A stretch of DNA of 58,443 nt, filler included, from Sphacelaria rigidula (taxonomy: Eukaryota): the NCBI GenBank assembly GCA_964200075.2. It is 4 parts of 4 records of this genome, joined end to end, with 100 filler letters (N's around TTAATTAATTAA, not from the genome) between each part and the next. Parts side by side here need not be neighbours in the genome. Positions count along the whole stretch, not along the records: positions 1 to 14,536 come from CAXNAA020002196.1; positions 14,637 to 29,172 come from CAXNAA020002197.1; 2 more parts are not named here. The stretch is one strand, 5' to 3'. Numbering within the stretch: the stretch's first letter is position 1; the number at the start of each line of letters is the position of its first letter. The translations under genes and the position numbers were made by a program. Shown here piece after piece: positions 13,030 to 27,189 of this stretch. The notes beneath the pieces are model-generated. The model ran no database searches, was not told where the DNA came from, and saw nothing but the letters and a program-made list of their open reading frames with translations.

Positions 13030-14049
13030 CTGCCGAGACGACGGTTCGAGACAAAACACAGGGCACGGCATGACACGGCACGGCACAACACGACACGGCA
13101 CCAACACGATGACATGGGCAACGGCACAATTGTAACATCGTCTCACACAGAGTACCTTTTCAATTTTGTCGACGGCTGTCGAATGCTAACTCGTGCCAGA
13201 AGGGAGCCAGCCAAGAGACCTACGGCTCAAGATCGCTGCCATGCGCACATGGCAAATACATGGGGTGCTTGCGGGGCGATGGGGAGGGGGAGGTGGGGGG
13301 GCATAGGGTGCCGTTTATTGTTGTCCATAAGGAGAGATGTGTAACAGGTGACCGTGTTGGTGAGGTCAATCGTGCCTTTTGTCACAGTCGTTCGGTTTTT
13401 ACGGGTGTGTGCCTTACTTGAAAGTAGAGATTTCGAAACGTCAGGATGATGTTGTGTTTGCTTTTAGCGGTGCAGCACCCGCTAATTGGTTGACATGTAT
13501 CGGTTAAGGGCGTGTCACTAGGCGGTCAGATATCGACAAAGATACACGAGCTTGTCTGTGGTGGACGCATACACCCAGCGTGAAACTGGAGTTCTGGGCT
13601 GGGCTCCGCAACCATCGACAACCTCAGCAGCACACGAACACCATGACGAATCGGTTCCGTACCATTGCCTCGAGCTATCTAAAACTCATGGAAGGGCAGT
13701 CGAAGAACATGATCTCCTGTAGCGTTAGTAGCACATTACTGGGTGCTGTTCTGCACGCACGTGGAGCTTCATGCCACACGAGACAAAGAAACTTTGCAAC
13801 TAGATATTCCGAATCTATGAGAATATCTTGTGGGCGCTGATATGACTATGGAGGGCGAGAGGGATCAACCCACCTGTCCCCCGGTGCGTCTTACATTTTT
13901 AGTATCGTGGACCGGATCATGACCAATCCCGCACCGCGTCGACTGTTGTTCAATTACCTCAGTCAAACAGGCTCTTTATGCTACTCACTTTGCTGTGTTT
14001 TCAACGACGGCAATCACATACTCGTACTGCTGACAAAAAAAAGTGAAGT

Positions 14050-14140
14050 GGAAGTATCTGGTGAGAACCGAACCCGCGTCTTTTCGGACCTCATGGTGTC
14101 AGTTGAGCCCATATACCACCGGGGGGCATACGCCGTGGGC
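14050..14140 (-). other. Possible tRNA-derived (SINE-head-like) relic
   Basis: The minus strand has an A-box-like TGGTATATGG and a B-box-like GGTTCGGTTCTC at tRNA-like spacing. No convincing cloverleaf. Confidence 0.25.
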
Positions 14141-14536
14141 GTGTACAATACAGCTGACACCCCAACCATGAACACAGGTTCTTTCATATAATTCGAGTCA
14201 ATCAGTAAGTGTTTAAATCCTCCAGGGAACGTTCGCACATAGTCCTCAACCGTCAGCCGTCTTTCGGCAGGAACTTCGACGGTACATGCCTGTAATTTCG
14301 TCTACCTTGCATGCTATGGTCCACTGCCGCGCTGTTTCCACATTGGCAAGGGACATCGGTTTCGGCCCAGATCGTTTGCATCGGTCAGATACATCCGTCG
14401 CTGGCGCAGTGTAAGCGAACTGTGGATTAGCTAATGTACGGCCACGTCGTCCGCGAAAAATGCAACCGGGGGGGGGGGGGGACGCATTTGCTGCTTGACC
14501 GATTGGATTTGCGACGGTGCGGGAATAACGGTAGAG

Positions 14537-14636
14537 NNNNNNNNNNNNNNNNNNNNNNNNNNNNNNNNNNNNNNNNNNNNTTAATTAATTAANNNNNNNN
14601 NNNNNNNNNNNNNNNNNNNNNNNNNNNNNNNNNNNN
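14537..14636. other. Artificial contig linker
   Basis: 44 N + TTAATTAATTAA (stops in all six frames) + 44 N. Confidence 0.97.
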
Positions 14637-17600
14637 CTGACAGCTTACCTCAACCCTATTCTCAATCGTATCGAAGATTCTCAATCTCACGAAAACATTG
14701 TTACATGTAAACCACGGGAAAAAATCATGATAATGATGAGAAACAAGAACGGAGAACTCCATGTTATTCCGGACATGCGCACGCTATATCAGTGTTGCCA
14801 ACGCCGGGAAAACGTTTCACAACCGGCCAAAAATTGCCGATGGGACACATTACGGTAGGACGACTATACGAAAGAGCGCCAGCAAACCCAGTCGAATGAA
14901 AAGCAACTTCGATATCAAAAGCTGGAGTACTAAATATTTACTGTCCATATTGGACCACCTCACAAGGTATGCTTTGCTCATTCCAGTGCTGCTAAAAAAA
15001 TAGACCACATCAATATAGCCAAAAAATTAATTGACAGCGTCTTCACTGCATTTGTCATCCCGGGAAAGCTGCGTTCGAATTAAAGAAACGAAATCGGAAA
15101 CAAGCTAACATATGCATGGCAACAGGAGCTAGGTTTCAATAAACCTCGCACGGCACTTGACACCCGCATAGTAATTCAGTGTCGGAACGAATCCACTCCA
15201 CTATGCACGCGATGGTAGCTATATAAAGGTCAATTGGAAACAAAAATTGGGCACCCATACTGCCGTTCATCCAAATGGCGTAGAACACATCCTTTCACAA
15301 GTACAGAACAGGAGATACCATATTTTTTATTGTTCGGAAGACAGTCCAGATCACCAATAGACATTATGATCAGCATACCTGAAGAGAGCCAAGCATCAAC
15401 ACCCGAAGAATGTTCCAAAGAATCACGGAGACGACCTACAGTTTGGATTTGAAATTACGAGACAAGCCCTACGAGAAGAGCGAACGAGCAAGGAAACAAG
15501 AACGAATTCAAATCTTTCCCGGTGTTCAAACCCGACCAAAAGGTATTCGTGTATCCACCATAAGAGAACTCAGGAAGGCCGAGCCCGAAACTCCAATCTA
15601 CATGAAGAGGACCTTTTATGGTAACCGAGAGACGATCGCCGGTTGTGTACATAATCAAAATAGGCGACGACTCTAGATAAGCGTCAGTACATCTTGCTCA
15701 TTTAAATAAATATCACCCGCGAGAAACAGCGCCGGCACCAGACTTTGACAAAGGATGAGCTAAATGCTCACATCCGGACTCGGAATCCAGAACTACGGGG
15801 AAACGGAAACTGATGTGACTGTTCAATAGACGGTTCGAGCATCCTAGCAAAACGCTCAAGGGTTGAGCAGTTACCTGAGGTCAAAATTCGGAGATTAATG
15901 AGACTAAAAAGCTACAGCCCAGCAGCAGACCTAACCTACCGAGCTGACGAAACATCACAAGGTAGACACCTCCTCGATATGTACCGTAATGACATCGGGT
16001 TAGCAAAGCGCTCACATCCGGAGTCGAAATCCGAAAATACCGGGTAACTGAAACGGATGTGACTGTCCAACAGACTGTTTGAGCGTCCTAGCAAAACGCT
16101 CAAGGGTTGAGCAGTAGTCCGGGGTCACAATTCGGAGATCAAGGAGAGCCACAAGAGAAGAAAACAAAAACCGACGTTAGAACAATGCAGACATGAACGA
16201 AAAAAGAATTCTGATGTGTGAACGGTGACTGGAATGCAACTTCCTAAGGAAGATAACCTCTCAGCAATCGGGGTAGTGCTGATCATTTTGACGATGTTTA
16301 GACAAAAAAGCACAATGCTTACAGGTCGGAAACGTCGTCTGCACCGCTTTGTTACTAACACGAAGACGTTGTACTATTTCGGTGTTAGCGGAACCAAACG
16401 TATCCCAGAACCCGGACATGAAAAACCCAGGCGCCCGTGGATCGATCAGTGTCCCAGTGCCCAGGCAGGTAGAAACAGTAGATGCATCCAGCACCAAAGT
16501 GCAACGTATCTTGTGGAAATAGATAACATGAGACAGACTTATACGTCATAAAATGATACGAAGCGAAGAAGATGTCGAGGTTTCTCCAAAGGGCACAATG
16601 CTCACAAGATGAACATCAAAGCCACTGATTTGGCACTAACGCGAGGACTTTGTCCTATACTACGGTGTCAGTGGAACCTAAGACATTCCAAAGTCCGGAC
16701 AGGAATGCCTCAAGCGCCCGTGGACCGGTCGGTGTCCCAGTGCCTAGTTAGGTATACCTAACTGATGCAGCCTGCACCAAAGTGCAAAAGCATCCCATAA
16801 AAATGTGTCGCACACGATGCATCTATCTGACACAATACAAGAAGCAAAGGTCATTTTGATGGTGTTTAGCCAAAAGAGCACGATGCTCCCAGGTGAAAAA
16901 AAATACATAAATGTATCTTCAGCACCGCCTTGTTACTAACTCGAGGCTTGACCCTACTCAGGTTTCCGCGAAACCGAAGGCATCCCAAAATCCGGGCAGG
17001 AATAACCCAGGCGCCCGTGGACCGATCAGTGCCCCAGTGCCCAGTCGTGTATACCAGCAGATGCAACCAACACCCAAGTGCAAATGAATCTGGTGGAAAC
17101 ATGTCACATATAACAGCTACATGACAGAAAGAAAAAAGAATAGAAGGTTTGGAATACATGCATTGTTACTGACCAAAGGTAGCTAAGATTTACTGGGGGT
17201 GTTTACTCAATACCACAGCATAGAGAAGGGCTACCTTTGCGATTAGTGGTGGCGTGACTCAATCAATGATTGTCACTCAAAGAAACCTCAATGATTGAAT
17301 CATCAGCGAAGCTGATGATCGCCTCGTCCCACCAGCCATAGCCTCGATGGGCTTGAGGCGCATAAAGGGGGGAGAGATGTGGGGGATACCTCTTTGCAGT
17401 AACATACCAGAGACTGATGTCACACATGTATGCAGACCCAACGCAAGCAGGGACAAGATAGGAACGGTCCGGAAGGACCAGAATACCGAGGACCCTGTAA
17501 TGCCGACGTAACTAGACAACTCGGGGTGATGCCAGAAAGAGCCTAATATTGGACGGTCCAAGATCCCCCCAGGACTTGGTTGTCTCCAGCGACCACTCCT

Positions 17601-17728
17601 GGTCTGACTCCACTTCTTGCCTACATATACAAGAGGAAATTATGGCCAGCCTTGGAGTTCCTTCGGCATTAGGACGGCAGTCTCCCCCCGTAGGTCTCTG
17701 ACTACTCTAGTGAAACGCCTTCCTCGCA
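14637..17728 (+). mobile_element. Decayed Ty3/Gypsy LTR retrotransposon, 3' part (integrase remnant, 3' repeats, PPT, 3' LTR)
   Basis: Broken integrase motifs KYLLSILDHLTRYALLIPV (~14930-14990), PYFLLFGRQSRSPIDI (~15320-15370) and GPF-type KLQST*RGPFMV (~15590-15625). A polypurine tract AAAGGGGGGAGAGA (17364-17377) is followed by TG at 17378, and the putative LTR ends in CA at 17728. Confidence 0.75.
15759..17125 (+). repeat. Tandem degenerate repeats in the Gypsy 3' region
   Basis: Two copies of a ~135-bp block (~15759-15895 and ~16003-16140) and three ~285-bp units starting at ~16305, ~16587 and ~16871 (CACAATGCT...CAGTGCC...CCAAAGTGCAA). Confidence 0.75.
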
Positions 17729-19098
17729 TATATATATATATATATATATGTCAAACGCATTCGACAACTCTCCGTACTAATGCACGCGAACTTCTCCAGC
17801 TCCCTCTCAACCTTTTCCCAATCTGCACGGGCTCCGGCATCCATTGCGTCTGAATCTTTCTTAAAGCTTAAACCATACTTATAATATCCAATGTGTATTG
17901 ACCGGCCAATACATTGGCACCCACGTAGACCCAATATGTTTTGACCGGTCAATATATTATCACCAGTGCGACCCTAATATGCATTGGCCGTGCAATATGC
18001 TGTCGCCCACACTACCCCGATATATATTAATGGGTCAAGATGTGTTCAACCCCACAGTACCAATATATATATATATATATATATATTGGGCGAGCAATAT
18101 GTATGCAGTCCCACGACATCAATTTATGTTGGGCGCGCAATACGTGTGCAGTCCAAGGGTACCAATATATATTACGCGGGCAGTATGTCGCCAAATTCTA
18201 ATATGATCAACAAATATATATATTGAAAAGATTTTGTATTGTCTAGGGTGTGTAATAATCATAGCGAGTCAGATCCTTTCTTCTCGCGAGATCGGCAGTC
18301 ATGTAGCGTATAACCTCCTGCACTCGAAGCACGATCATCTTTTGGCGCGGTAGCTGTTACCCTTGCGACCGCTCATGGTAGGATAATAATATCAAGGCTA
18401 CACACCAGCCCCCAAACAGGCTATGGTGCCAAGCAGACCCCTGTCACACCCACGAACAAAATGACATCAGTGCCCGGTCCCCTTTTATTCGATGAACGTA
18501 ACGTTTCACACCCTGGACAAAACAATATATTTTCGAGATATATTTATTTGTCGATTATATTGGAATTTGCGACATATAGCCCGCGTAATATATATATTGG
18601 TACCCTTGGATCGCGCACGTATTGCACGCCCACTATACACTGATGTCGTGGGACTGCACATATATTGCCCGCTCGGCATATATATTGGTACCGTGGGGTT
18701 GAACACATGTTGTCCCATCAACATATATTGGGGCAGTGTGGGTGATGGCATATTGCACGACCAATATATATTAGGGTCGCATTGGTGAGAATATATTGAC
18801 CGGTCAATATATACCGGATATTAAAAGTATGGTGTACACTTCGACCCTTCTGGAACTCACTGGCGATTTTTTATTTTGTTAATCGGCATCATTTTGACTT
18901 GAAAATTACTGAAAATGGTGCCGATTCACAAAAACAGAAATCCTCAACGGGTTCCAAAAGGGTTGAGAAAGATCCGGACGCGGTGGATGCCGGAGCTCGT
19001 GCAGATTGGGAAGCGCTTCGAAGGGAGTGGCAGAAGTTTGCGTGTATTGCTACAAAAACTTGTCGAATTCGTGTGATGTGTATATATATATATATATA
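17729..19098. mobile_element. Two diverged copies of an AT-rich non-autonomous element in inverted orientation
   Basis: 17729-18252 is roughly the reverse complement of 18507-19098. Each copy has a CACACCCTRGACAA end, many AATATATATTG motifs, and a (TA)n run at the other end. Confidence 0.7.
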
Positions 19099-19291
19099 CT
19101 GGTCAGAGAATAAAGTGACAGAATAGGCGAGCCGGTATATATGCCTTCTGATATCTATCTGGCCACCGGTACGGAGCCGCCCATCCCCTTCACAGCATGA
19201 AATATATCTTCGGTAACAGCATCACGATGACAGAAAAAGCGAGTCAATATGCGCCTTTTGGTGCCCCTGTGGTCACCGGTTCTGTGTTGCT

Positions 19292-20292
19292 TATACCCTG
19301 GACAGTACAATACGTTCCAATATCAATACTTTGTATTGGAGACAGCGCAAATATTGTCCTTTCAATATATATATTGTGTTGAGATGCTCTCGGAGGCATT
19401 GAAGCAACAACATATATTTCTCGTCTCATGATCGTGAACTAATGCATGATAATATATATTGAACATGCATTTGCTCTGGGAACAAAACATTCAATATATA
19501 TTGTGCATGCCGGCCGTATATGTATTGAAGTTTCAATATATATTGAGTCGAGCGATGCGGAACGTATTGTTGCCATAATATATATTGAGCGCAAACCATG
19601 CAAAAGTATTGTTTTTCCAATATATATTGCGGACGCTCATCGCATAGCTATTGTGCAGCCAATATATATTGAACACGCTCGCGGAAGAATATATTGAGCG
19701 TTTTCAGCATGTGGTGATACATCTTTGATTGGCGCCGACGAACACCGAACTGCCCACCATACCAATTTCAATACACTTTCCAATCTACATGTTGAAAATC
19801 AATATATATATATATATATATATATATTGCTACACCAATATGCATTGTGACCGTTCGTTCCCTCGTGTATTGTCCGCCCGATATATATATGTATATATTA
19901 GACACATTAACGGACGACATGTTGGGGCGGCAATATATCTTGGCGCTTTGCGTGTTAAGTATTCAACCATCAACATATATATATGTATATATGTGTGTGT
20001 GTGTGGACCTCGTGCGGCAGCCAATACACTACTCAACAAATTTATATCAGTGCCTTACCGCACCAACATATTACTTGGCCAATATATATTGAGGTGGCGC
20101 GTGTCGCGGTGTATTGTTCGGTCGATATATATTGAGGCGGCGAGACTCAACATATTGATGGCACAATATATATATATATATATTGACCCTCTCTCGTGCC
20201 ATCATATTGCTCACCCGATATATGTTGACCACCCGACGCGTCGACATATTGATAGGGCAGTATAGATTGCACATTGTATTGTCCAGGGTGTG
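19292..20292. mobile_element. Non-autonomous DNA transposon with (C/T)A(C/T)ACCCTGGACARTACAAT TIRs
   Basis: Left end TATACCCTGGACAGTACAAT, right end ATTGTATTGTCCAGGGTGTG. The interior is packed with AATATATATTG motifs. It shares its terminus with the copies ending at 18252 and starting at 18507. Confidence 0.7.
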
Positions 20293-23200
20293 TAATGTTT
20301 CGTGTACGGAGCGCAACCGTGTCGAACCCTGGCTTCCCGTCGCTCAGCGGGTTGGGAAGGCACCCCAAGCAACAGCACCGGTGAAGCGCCACGAGCGTGA
20401 CCGACAGTGGGCTATCCTTGACCATTTCCCAGTAGCCCCCGGAGCAGCCGAAACTTTGGTGCGCTCTACGCGTCACCCTCGGCGGGCCCCTCCAGATGAC
20501 CCTGTAGATATCCCTGATGATGCAATTGCACCCATCCACCACGATCGTGAACGGGTGTGGGTTCCATTAGATGAAGGTTATACTGTCGACAAGGCCGGTG
20601 TTTCCAAGATTCCGAACAGATCAACACTGCTCCCTGCCGATCCCTCACGAACTATGCTAGAATCCACCACTAAAATGGCGGTGTTATCTCTTGGGTCAGA
20701 TACCTCGCTGCCAGTTAAGTGTTCGTCTCCTTGTCACGCAAACCCCCCGTCTGAGTCTTCACAACTGAAATATAGCGTGGTGATCGACGAGTCGTCCATG
20801 CTTGACCGCTCGTCTCCTATTTTACCAATAGTGGTCCCAACTGACACGAGTAGCAAGTTGATGAGTGTAGACAAATCGCCTCCACCCTTTGCCGAAACGT
20901 CCCCTGGTTTGCACGTAGTAGATGCTGCAACCTCACCAGCTTCGCAAACTGACGCTTCGCTGCTTGTTGCGGCCGACCGAGGTATCCCAAACCAAACGCG
21001 ATAGTTGTCGCGTTCAGCCACGACAACTGCCCTTCCCAGGATTCGCTCATCCCTTACAGTATACGAAATTCAACATTCGACGGATTCCCCAACAGCTGTT
21101 CAAGATACTCCGTGCCCCAACCCACCTTCGGACAGAGATCTTGCTCGGAAGGATCATCGGCGTGTGTATTTCAGCGCAGTCGCTCACAATCACAAGCACG
21201 GTTTGTCCACAGATTTCTTGCTAGAATTTAGACCGGATCTATTCAGCAGAACTGCAATCATAGATGATGCCTCCTTCACAACGAAAATAGGTGTACATAG
21301 TGGAATGAATGCAACATGTCCTTAATCGAGCTCGCCCCAAACGTTCATCACCACCAGCTGCTGGCAACAAATGATCAAGGCGGAGGCTGCGGACACGCGT
21401 TGCGTTTCTACGGTTCCCCTCGTGTCTTTGGCGGGTTTGGTCCCTCCACTTCACTCGCGGTGAATCCATCAGTGAGACTTAGTGTGCAATTTTTCGATGA
21501 CACGGGTCCGACTGCTCGATTATCCGTGTGGGAACTAATAGTGCCTGATGGTTCCATGTTGCTTCATGTTTTGTTGGGGCGTGATGGTTGGCTACGCTTT
21601 TTCTCATACATACGAGTCGGACACACCTGCTCTACACCATCCCAAGCCTGGCAGATTGAAATTGGGATATCACGACACTGCTTCGGGGGCTCATGCCTAT
21701 GTCAATGATCCAGCCCAAACAGGTGATTCTTTGCGACTACATTATGTTGGCGAGAACGTAGCTTCCCTATCCCCTGGATCCCAACTCGTGCATGCGAACC
21801 TTTTGAGACGGAACGGACCCTCTGCCCTCTCTCGACAATACTTGGTCGAATTCATCAACCCCAAGCAGTCGGCTGATGACGCCGTTGCTATTGACCACAC
21901 CGAAGTATTCGTTCACGAAGGTAGAAAATCCGTCCCTCTCACATCCTCTGCATGTTTCGACATACTTCCCGGCCAGCTGTTGGGTTTTGCTCAGGCGCCC
22001 CTCCTACGGACAGATTTGTCAAACGTGTGTCTGGCGACCGAACCCAAAGCGTCACCAGACACGTCGATCAACGCAGACTCCCCGCCGTTAGACGAGACGT
22101 GCCCTCCTGTAGTGGACGAAGAGTCTAACGCACCTCACCCAAACCTCCCAGCTGCATTACGAGTTAGATTATCGTCAGAGCAACGTGTCAGTTGTCAACG
22201 TTTATGGGACGATATCCCCCCACATTTGCGACAAATTGCTTTTGATTTATCTGGTAAGGGTTGGAATCCCACGGTGATCGACAGGCTGCGCTTTATTTTG
22301 ATAAGATGTTCCGAACGATTCTCCAAGGCGCCCCTAGATTTAGGCCGCTGCACTACTACAGCGTTCAAGACCAAATTCCTGATGGCACGCCACCTATCGC
22401 TACGCGTTCGTACCATACAAACCCCCTCTTCTCGGATAGAAACCAGGTAATACTTGACAGGTCCCCATCCACCGCTTTAATGCGGCATTCCACGTCCCCG
22501 TGGGGCTCGCCGCTTGTTGTCGTCCAAAAAAAGAACAAAAAAAATACACCATCAGGCAATTCCCAACCATTGAACGCAGGCATCAAAATCGCACGTCTAC
22601 CTCTTCCCGGGATAGATAAAATCATTGACTCTCTCGATGGGTGTAAAATATTTTCGAACTTTGACACGCAGTCCGGCTACCACCAACTTGTGATGGACCT
22701 GCAATCTAAAGAATTGACGAATGGTTGGGAGCACCACAAGGTGACGCCGGCGCCCCCGGGGCGTTTCAACGTGTGATGTTTCGGGTGACTGATGGATTGT
22801 CCAAGAGCCATGTGTACCTCGATGGCGCGGTAATACACGGAAGGACCCCTTTCGAACACGTCGAGCCCTTGGCATCTTTCTTCGCTAGCTTCGAACAACA
22901 CAATCTGGAACTTGCCCCGTCCAAATCCCGCGTTGGAACGGCTAGCATCGAAATATTGGGCTACTGTATCACTCCTGAAGGTCGTAGGCCTAACCTCAAC
23001 AAGGTTGCCGCACTTACAGGTATGCCCATGCGACGGGATACATCTCAACTTCGCTCCTTGCTCGGCGGCTTGAGCTACTACCGACAGTATTTGCCGAACC
23101 CAGCCCAAACCCTCGAACCTCTCACCTCCGTTCTAGAAAAAAGAGTGAAATTCGCGTTTACGTCAGAAATGGAGAGAACAGTACGTCAATTGCCACACTT

Positions 23201-26200
23201 TCGCGACCACCAATCTTGGTTTTCCCAGACTGGTCGGCCGCTGAAAATGGTTCGCGTCCGTTCCAACTTCACACGGATTTCTCCAAAATTGGGTTTGGCT
23301 GCATGTTGGAACAGGAGCAACTGGATGCTGATATTTGCTTCATTATATATTTGAGTCGAACCACTACCTACCTAAACGAACAAAACTGGTAGGTCATGGA
23401 GTAAGAGGCCGGCGCGATAATTTGGGGAGTGAGACGTCTCCGTCAGTACTTGTATGATATTCCGTTCGTGATTTATACAGATGATTAGTCTTTGGAAAAC
23501 CTCGCCAAAATGGCGGAACACAGCGCCCGGGTTCTACGCTGGTTTGAAATCCTTTCTTCTTAGAGCTTCACGCGGAAGTATCGAGCAGGACCTCAAACGT
23601 AAACGCTGATTTTCTCACTCGATTGCCCATACCGGCCCAACCCATCGACAGCTCCAGCTTGGGACGCATCACGGATCCCACCGAAGACATTGTATATTTC
23701 ATTTGCAGAAATGGTCATAGCAGAATCTACACTCCACTCTCACTGAATCACGACCCGGCACTTGACATTGATGGGCTGATGACTCCAGCTCACGTTTCTG
23801 TCCTAGGCAGCATGCCACCACGATCGTTGTTTTCAGTTTGGAGTGGAGGTAGTACAAACCTGAGTGGGTATGATCAAGTCCGTGCAATCGGTCATCAAAT
23901 GATTTGTGCTGCAGATGTAGACTCGTCTTGTGCTAACTTCATCCTCCCGGTTCAAGTTCGAGATCTCATCTCGAGTAGAACCCAGGGACGGCGGGCCGTC
24001 GATACCGCCGCCACCCTGGCGGCCTCTGGCCAGGACCTCCCCATCCCGACCCCCATCCCGGTGCCCGATACTTTCCTTTCACCCCTCAACCACCGCGACG
24101 AAAGGCCCCAAGCAGATCAACCTCACCAGCACCCCTTGCTCCCATAGCCGAAGCCTCGGCTTTCCCCCCCTCTCCAGTGATGGTGTCCTCACTGATGCCT
24201 CATCATCCTATGCGCTAGTCGACCTAGGAATCGAAGACTGCGTTCCGCTTGAGGATACACTAACGGACCCCCCCGCCCACGATCCCAACATCCCTGATTC
24301 GAGTCAATACTGCCGTGACACCCTTCATTTTGGACAAACCATCGGATAATGTATTTGAGGACCGTTTGGCCATTTTCTCCCGCGTCGATTGGGCCAGGGA
24401 ACAGCAAGCTGAACCTGCTTGTAGAGCGACTGCGCATTTTTTATCCAAAGGCTGTCCGTCTCCTTTTTCAGCAACTGAATCCCTCTTGCCCGTTGGGAAC
24501 CACAAAGCCTCCATCCAGGATGAAGTCATTAAACTATCGCGAAAAGGTATGCTTCATACGGATGATGGCGTTGTTTTTTTGGTTCGCCGGCCCACAGCGT
24601 CCCTTCGTGTGGGGAAACCTAACAGTAAACATGCCTATTTGTGAGGTGGTGATTTCACAAGAGTTTATGTGTCGATGCTCCTGCGTCCATGAGTTCTCCA
24701 TGAATGCCATCCGCAAGCATCGACACACCTGCGAGTCGCTAGGACCTCCCAGATGCTTGAGCGTCTTTATTGGTGGATTTGCATGGATCACTGTGTACGT
24801 TGGTGGGTGAGGCGTTGTCTTTTGTGTCAGGCGCGCAAACCTTCGCGCCAAACGGTTTAATTGCCAGTTATTTCCATGTCAATCCTCAACAGGCCAGGTG
24901 AAGTAACCTCATGGGATTTTGTCGGTCCGTTGCCTCTATCTGATCGTGGTAACAATTACATTTTGTTGTTGACGGATCGGTTTAGTCGACACGCGGTGGT
25001 GCATGCTGTTTTTCGGAAACCAACTATTGTGCGGCAGGCACAGCCAACGTCCTTATGTACACATACATTCCACAATGGGGTGTACCCAAACAATTCTTGT
25101 CCAATAACGGCCCGCATTCCGCCGGCAAACGTTCTGCCGCGATCAGGAACCTCCAGGGTGCCCATTGCATCTTTACTAGCTCATACCATCCGCCCACAAA
25201 CGGTGGAACTGAACGAGTGAACAATACAATGGCTAAAATGCTTGCAATGGTAACCAATGAACGACAAATGGACTGGGACTTGCATTTGGCCCTCATTCAG
25301 ATGAACTCAAAGATCCAGTCAATGCCGCCACGGGACTGGCTCCCAATAAAGTTCATGTCGATCGTATGCCCGGGTTGTCACTGACGGGGTTCGAAAGGAA
25401 ACCTATCGGAGGCTATCAAAGTTTGGATCGAGATATTGCGGAGTACCATATTTCTGTTAGTAATCGTCTTCGTCTTGGGTATGAGGTGGTCCGTGAATAA
25501 AGCAAAACTAGTGCAGCGAAAATTGTCCGGGCAAATCCTGCTTTGGATAATGCGGTAAACAACCGTCCGGTGTGGGAAGTAGATCAATGGGCGGGTGTAC
25601 AATGATGTGAAAACCGTCACTCAGGGGGTTAGCCCCAATACGTCTTCGTTGGATAAGGTGTTGAAGTCGAAACTATCCTTGAATTGGAATGGTTCTTGAA
25701 AACACTTAGCGGTTGGGCCCTGTGATTCCGCACCTGGCAATAGTCCGGTAGGCAAGAAATTTTGTATTGGGATTTTCCCATGGATGAACCTGGAATCGAA
25801 CCCAAAAAACGAGTTTCGATGCTCAGGTGTTAACCGTGTCTGCCCCCACATGATGCAACTGACATGCCCAAACAATTGTCAATGGATCTCAATCAGTACG
25901 TATTAACCAACTATGCGGCCGAAGCTCCACCGTGTCACATGACGGTTGAAGATGCCACCGGCCCTATTGAGCGTGTGGTGGTAGATCGCATCGTGGGCCA
26001 TCAATTAGTCCGAGGTCGAGGAGGTAAAATAGGGTCATGTACGAGACACACTGGAAATGTGCTGTGCGTGTTACGTGGGAGCGGGAAGTTGACTTGCTCC
26101 ACTTTCGGAGAGAATCACTTCTGTATCGAGTAGGAGATGCTGTACAACACCGTCCGTTGAACAAACGCTATAAGTCCATGCGAGAGAGAGCAGCGGCCCG

Positions 26201-26430
26201 TGAGCTGTCACGGGAACACTCCGCGCGATTCGTCATCGCCGGCTATAGCCTTTTTTCTATTTTGCAATACTTTGACTCTTTTTGTAAGAAGCGCTTGCCC
26301 AAACGCGCGTACTTTTGGTACAAAGCAATGGGTGCACGGTAGTGGCTGGGAAAAGAACATTTGTTTAATGCTGCAGTGGTGTGATGAAGCTCAGAGGCGT
26401 TGCAAGATATACGCTGTGCGGGTCTGCTCG
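20293..26430 (+). mobile_element. Decayed Ty3/Gypsy pol (RT, RNase H, integrase, chromodomain-like C-terminus)
   Basis: RT motifs SPWGSPLVVVQKK, PLPGIDKIIDSLDGCKIFSNFDTQSGYHQL, APGAFQRVM, VYLDG (YxDD mutated) and LRSLLGGLSYYRQY at 22380-23200. RNase H remnant ~23230-23640. Integrase SWDFVGPLPLSDRGNNYILLLTDRFSR and SYHPPTNGGTERVN at 24860-25300. Chromo-like VDRIVGHQLVRGRGG..YETHW..TWERE at ~25970-26100. Many stops and frameshifts; boundaries approximate. Confidence 0.9.
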
Positions 26431-27189
26431 TAGACCCTGGATTCCGTGACGCGTTGTTACTGCGTTCGCTGCTGTCATTAGTTAGGGTTGTTCAGCCGCG
26501 ACCGCAGGCTGCGTTGCCCCATCAAAATCAGTTACCGGCTCGCCTTGGTCTCTAACCTAGGCCATCACTACGCTCTGCTCTTATGGCTGCGCCCCGGCTA
26601 TGCTGAGTAAGAGAGGCTTGTCGATAAACATGATGCTAAGCAAACACGTCAAACCCTTATCAAGATTCTGAATATGGATGAACCTACTCTGTGATAGTCA
26701 AGGATGGATAGCTAGGTCTGTGTGAAGTTGCCCACGTGGGAGCTTGGTGGGTTGGCACCATGGTATCTCCTGGCACTCATACTGAGACACCCCAGCCAGT
26801 GCATTAGCTAAATCAACTTCCTCCTTATGACAGTGGAAAATTCATACTTCATTCCTTCTCTCGATGACCCGGGACCCCTCAAGATCCGCCTCGACGACGA
26901 CTACTACACTGAGGTGCCAACCGCTCGCCGACGATCTTAGTGCCTACAACGACACGACCGAGGGGACATCGACAAAGCTGTCTCACATGATCCTGACACG
27001 GCGTGGGACACCCATGAAGCCTGGTAGTGATTGTGCTTTCCGAAAACAAATTTTTGCCTGCAGCCTTGTGTGTCGTTGGAGTCGACGTAATAGGTCCCGT
27101 GTTGTCCGGTTGCCCCCGTATACCCTGTAGCCAATGACGAGTATCTTTCCTAAAAACGTTGCACGCGTTGAACATTCTGGTACATGTCT

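Noticed and set aside
13030-14536. Candidate 5' exons of the LRR gene
   Set aside because: Several AG/GT pairs exist, but none gives a recognisable LRR, N-cap or signal peptide.
14581-14592. TTAATTAATTAA motif repeated three times in the window
   Set aside because: Synthetic six-frame stop linker inside N runs, not biological.
20183-22450. 273-aa and 300-aa ORFs as host genes
   Set aside because: They run directly into the Gypsy RT and are best read as decayed gag/pol sequence.
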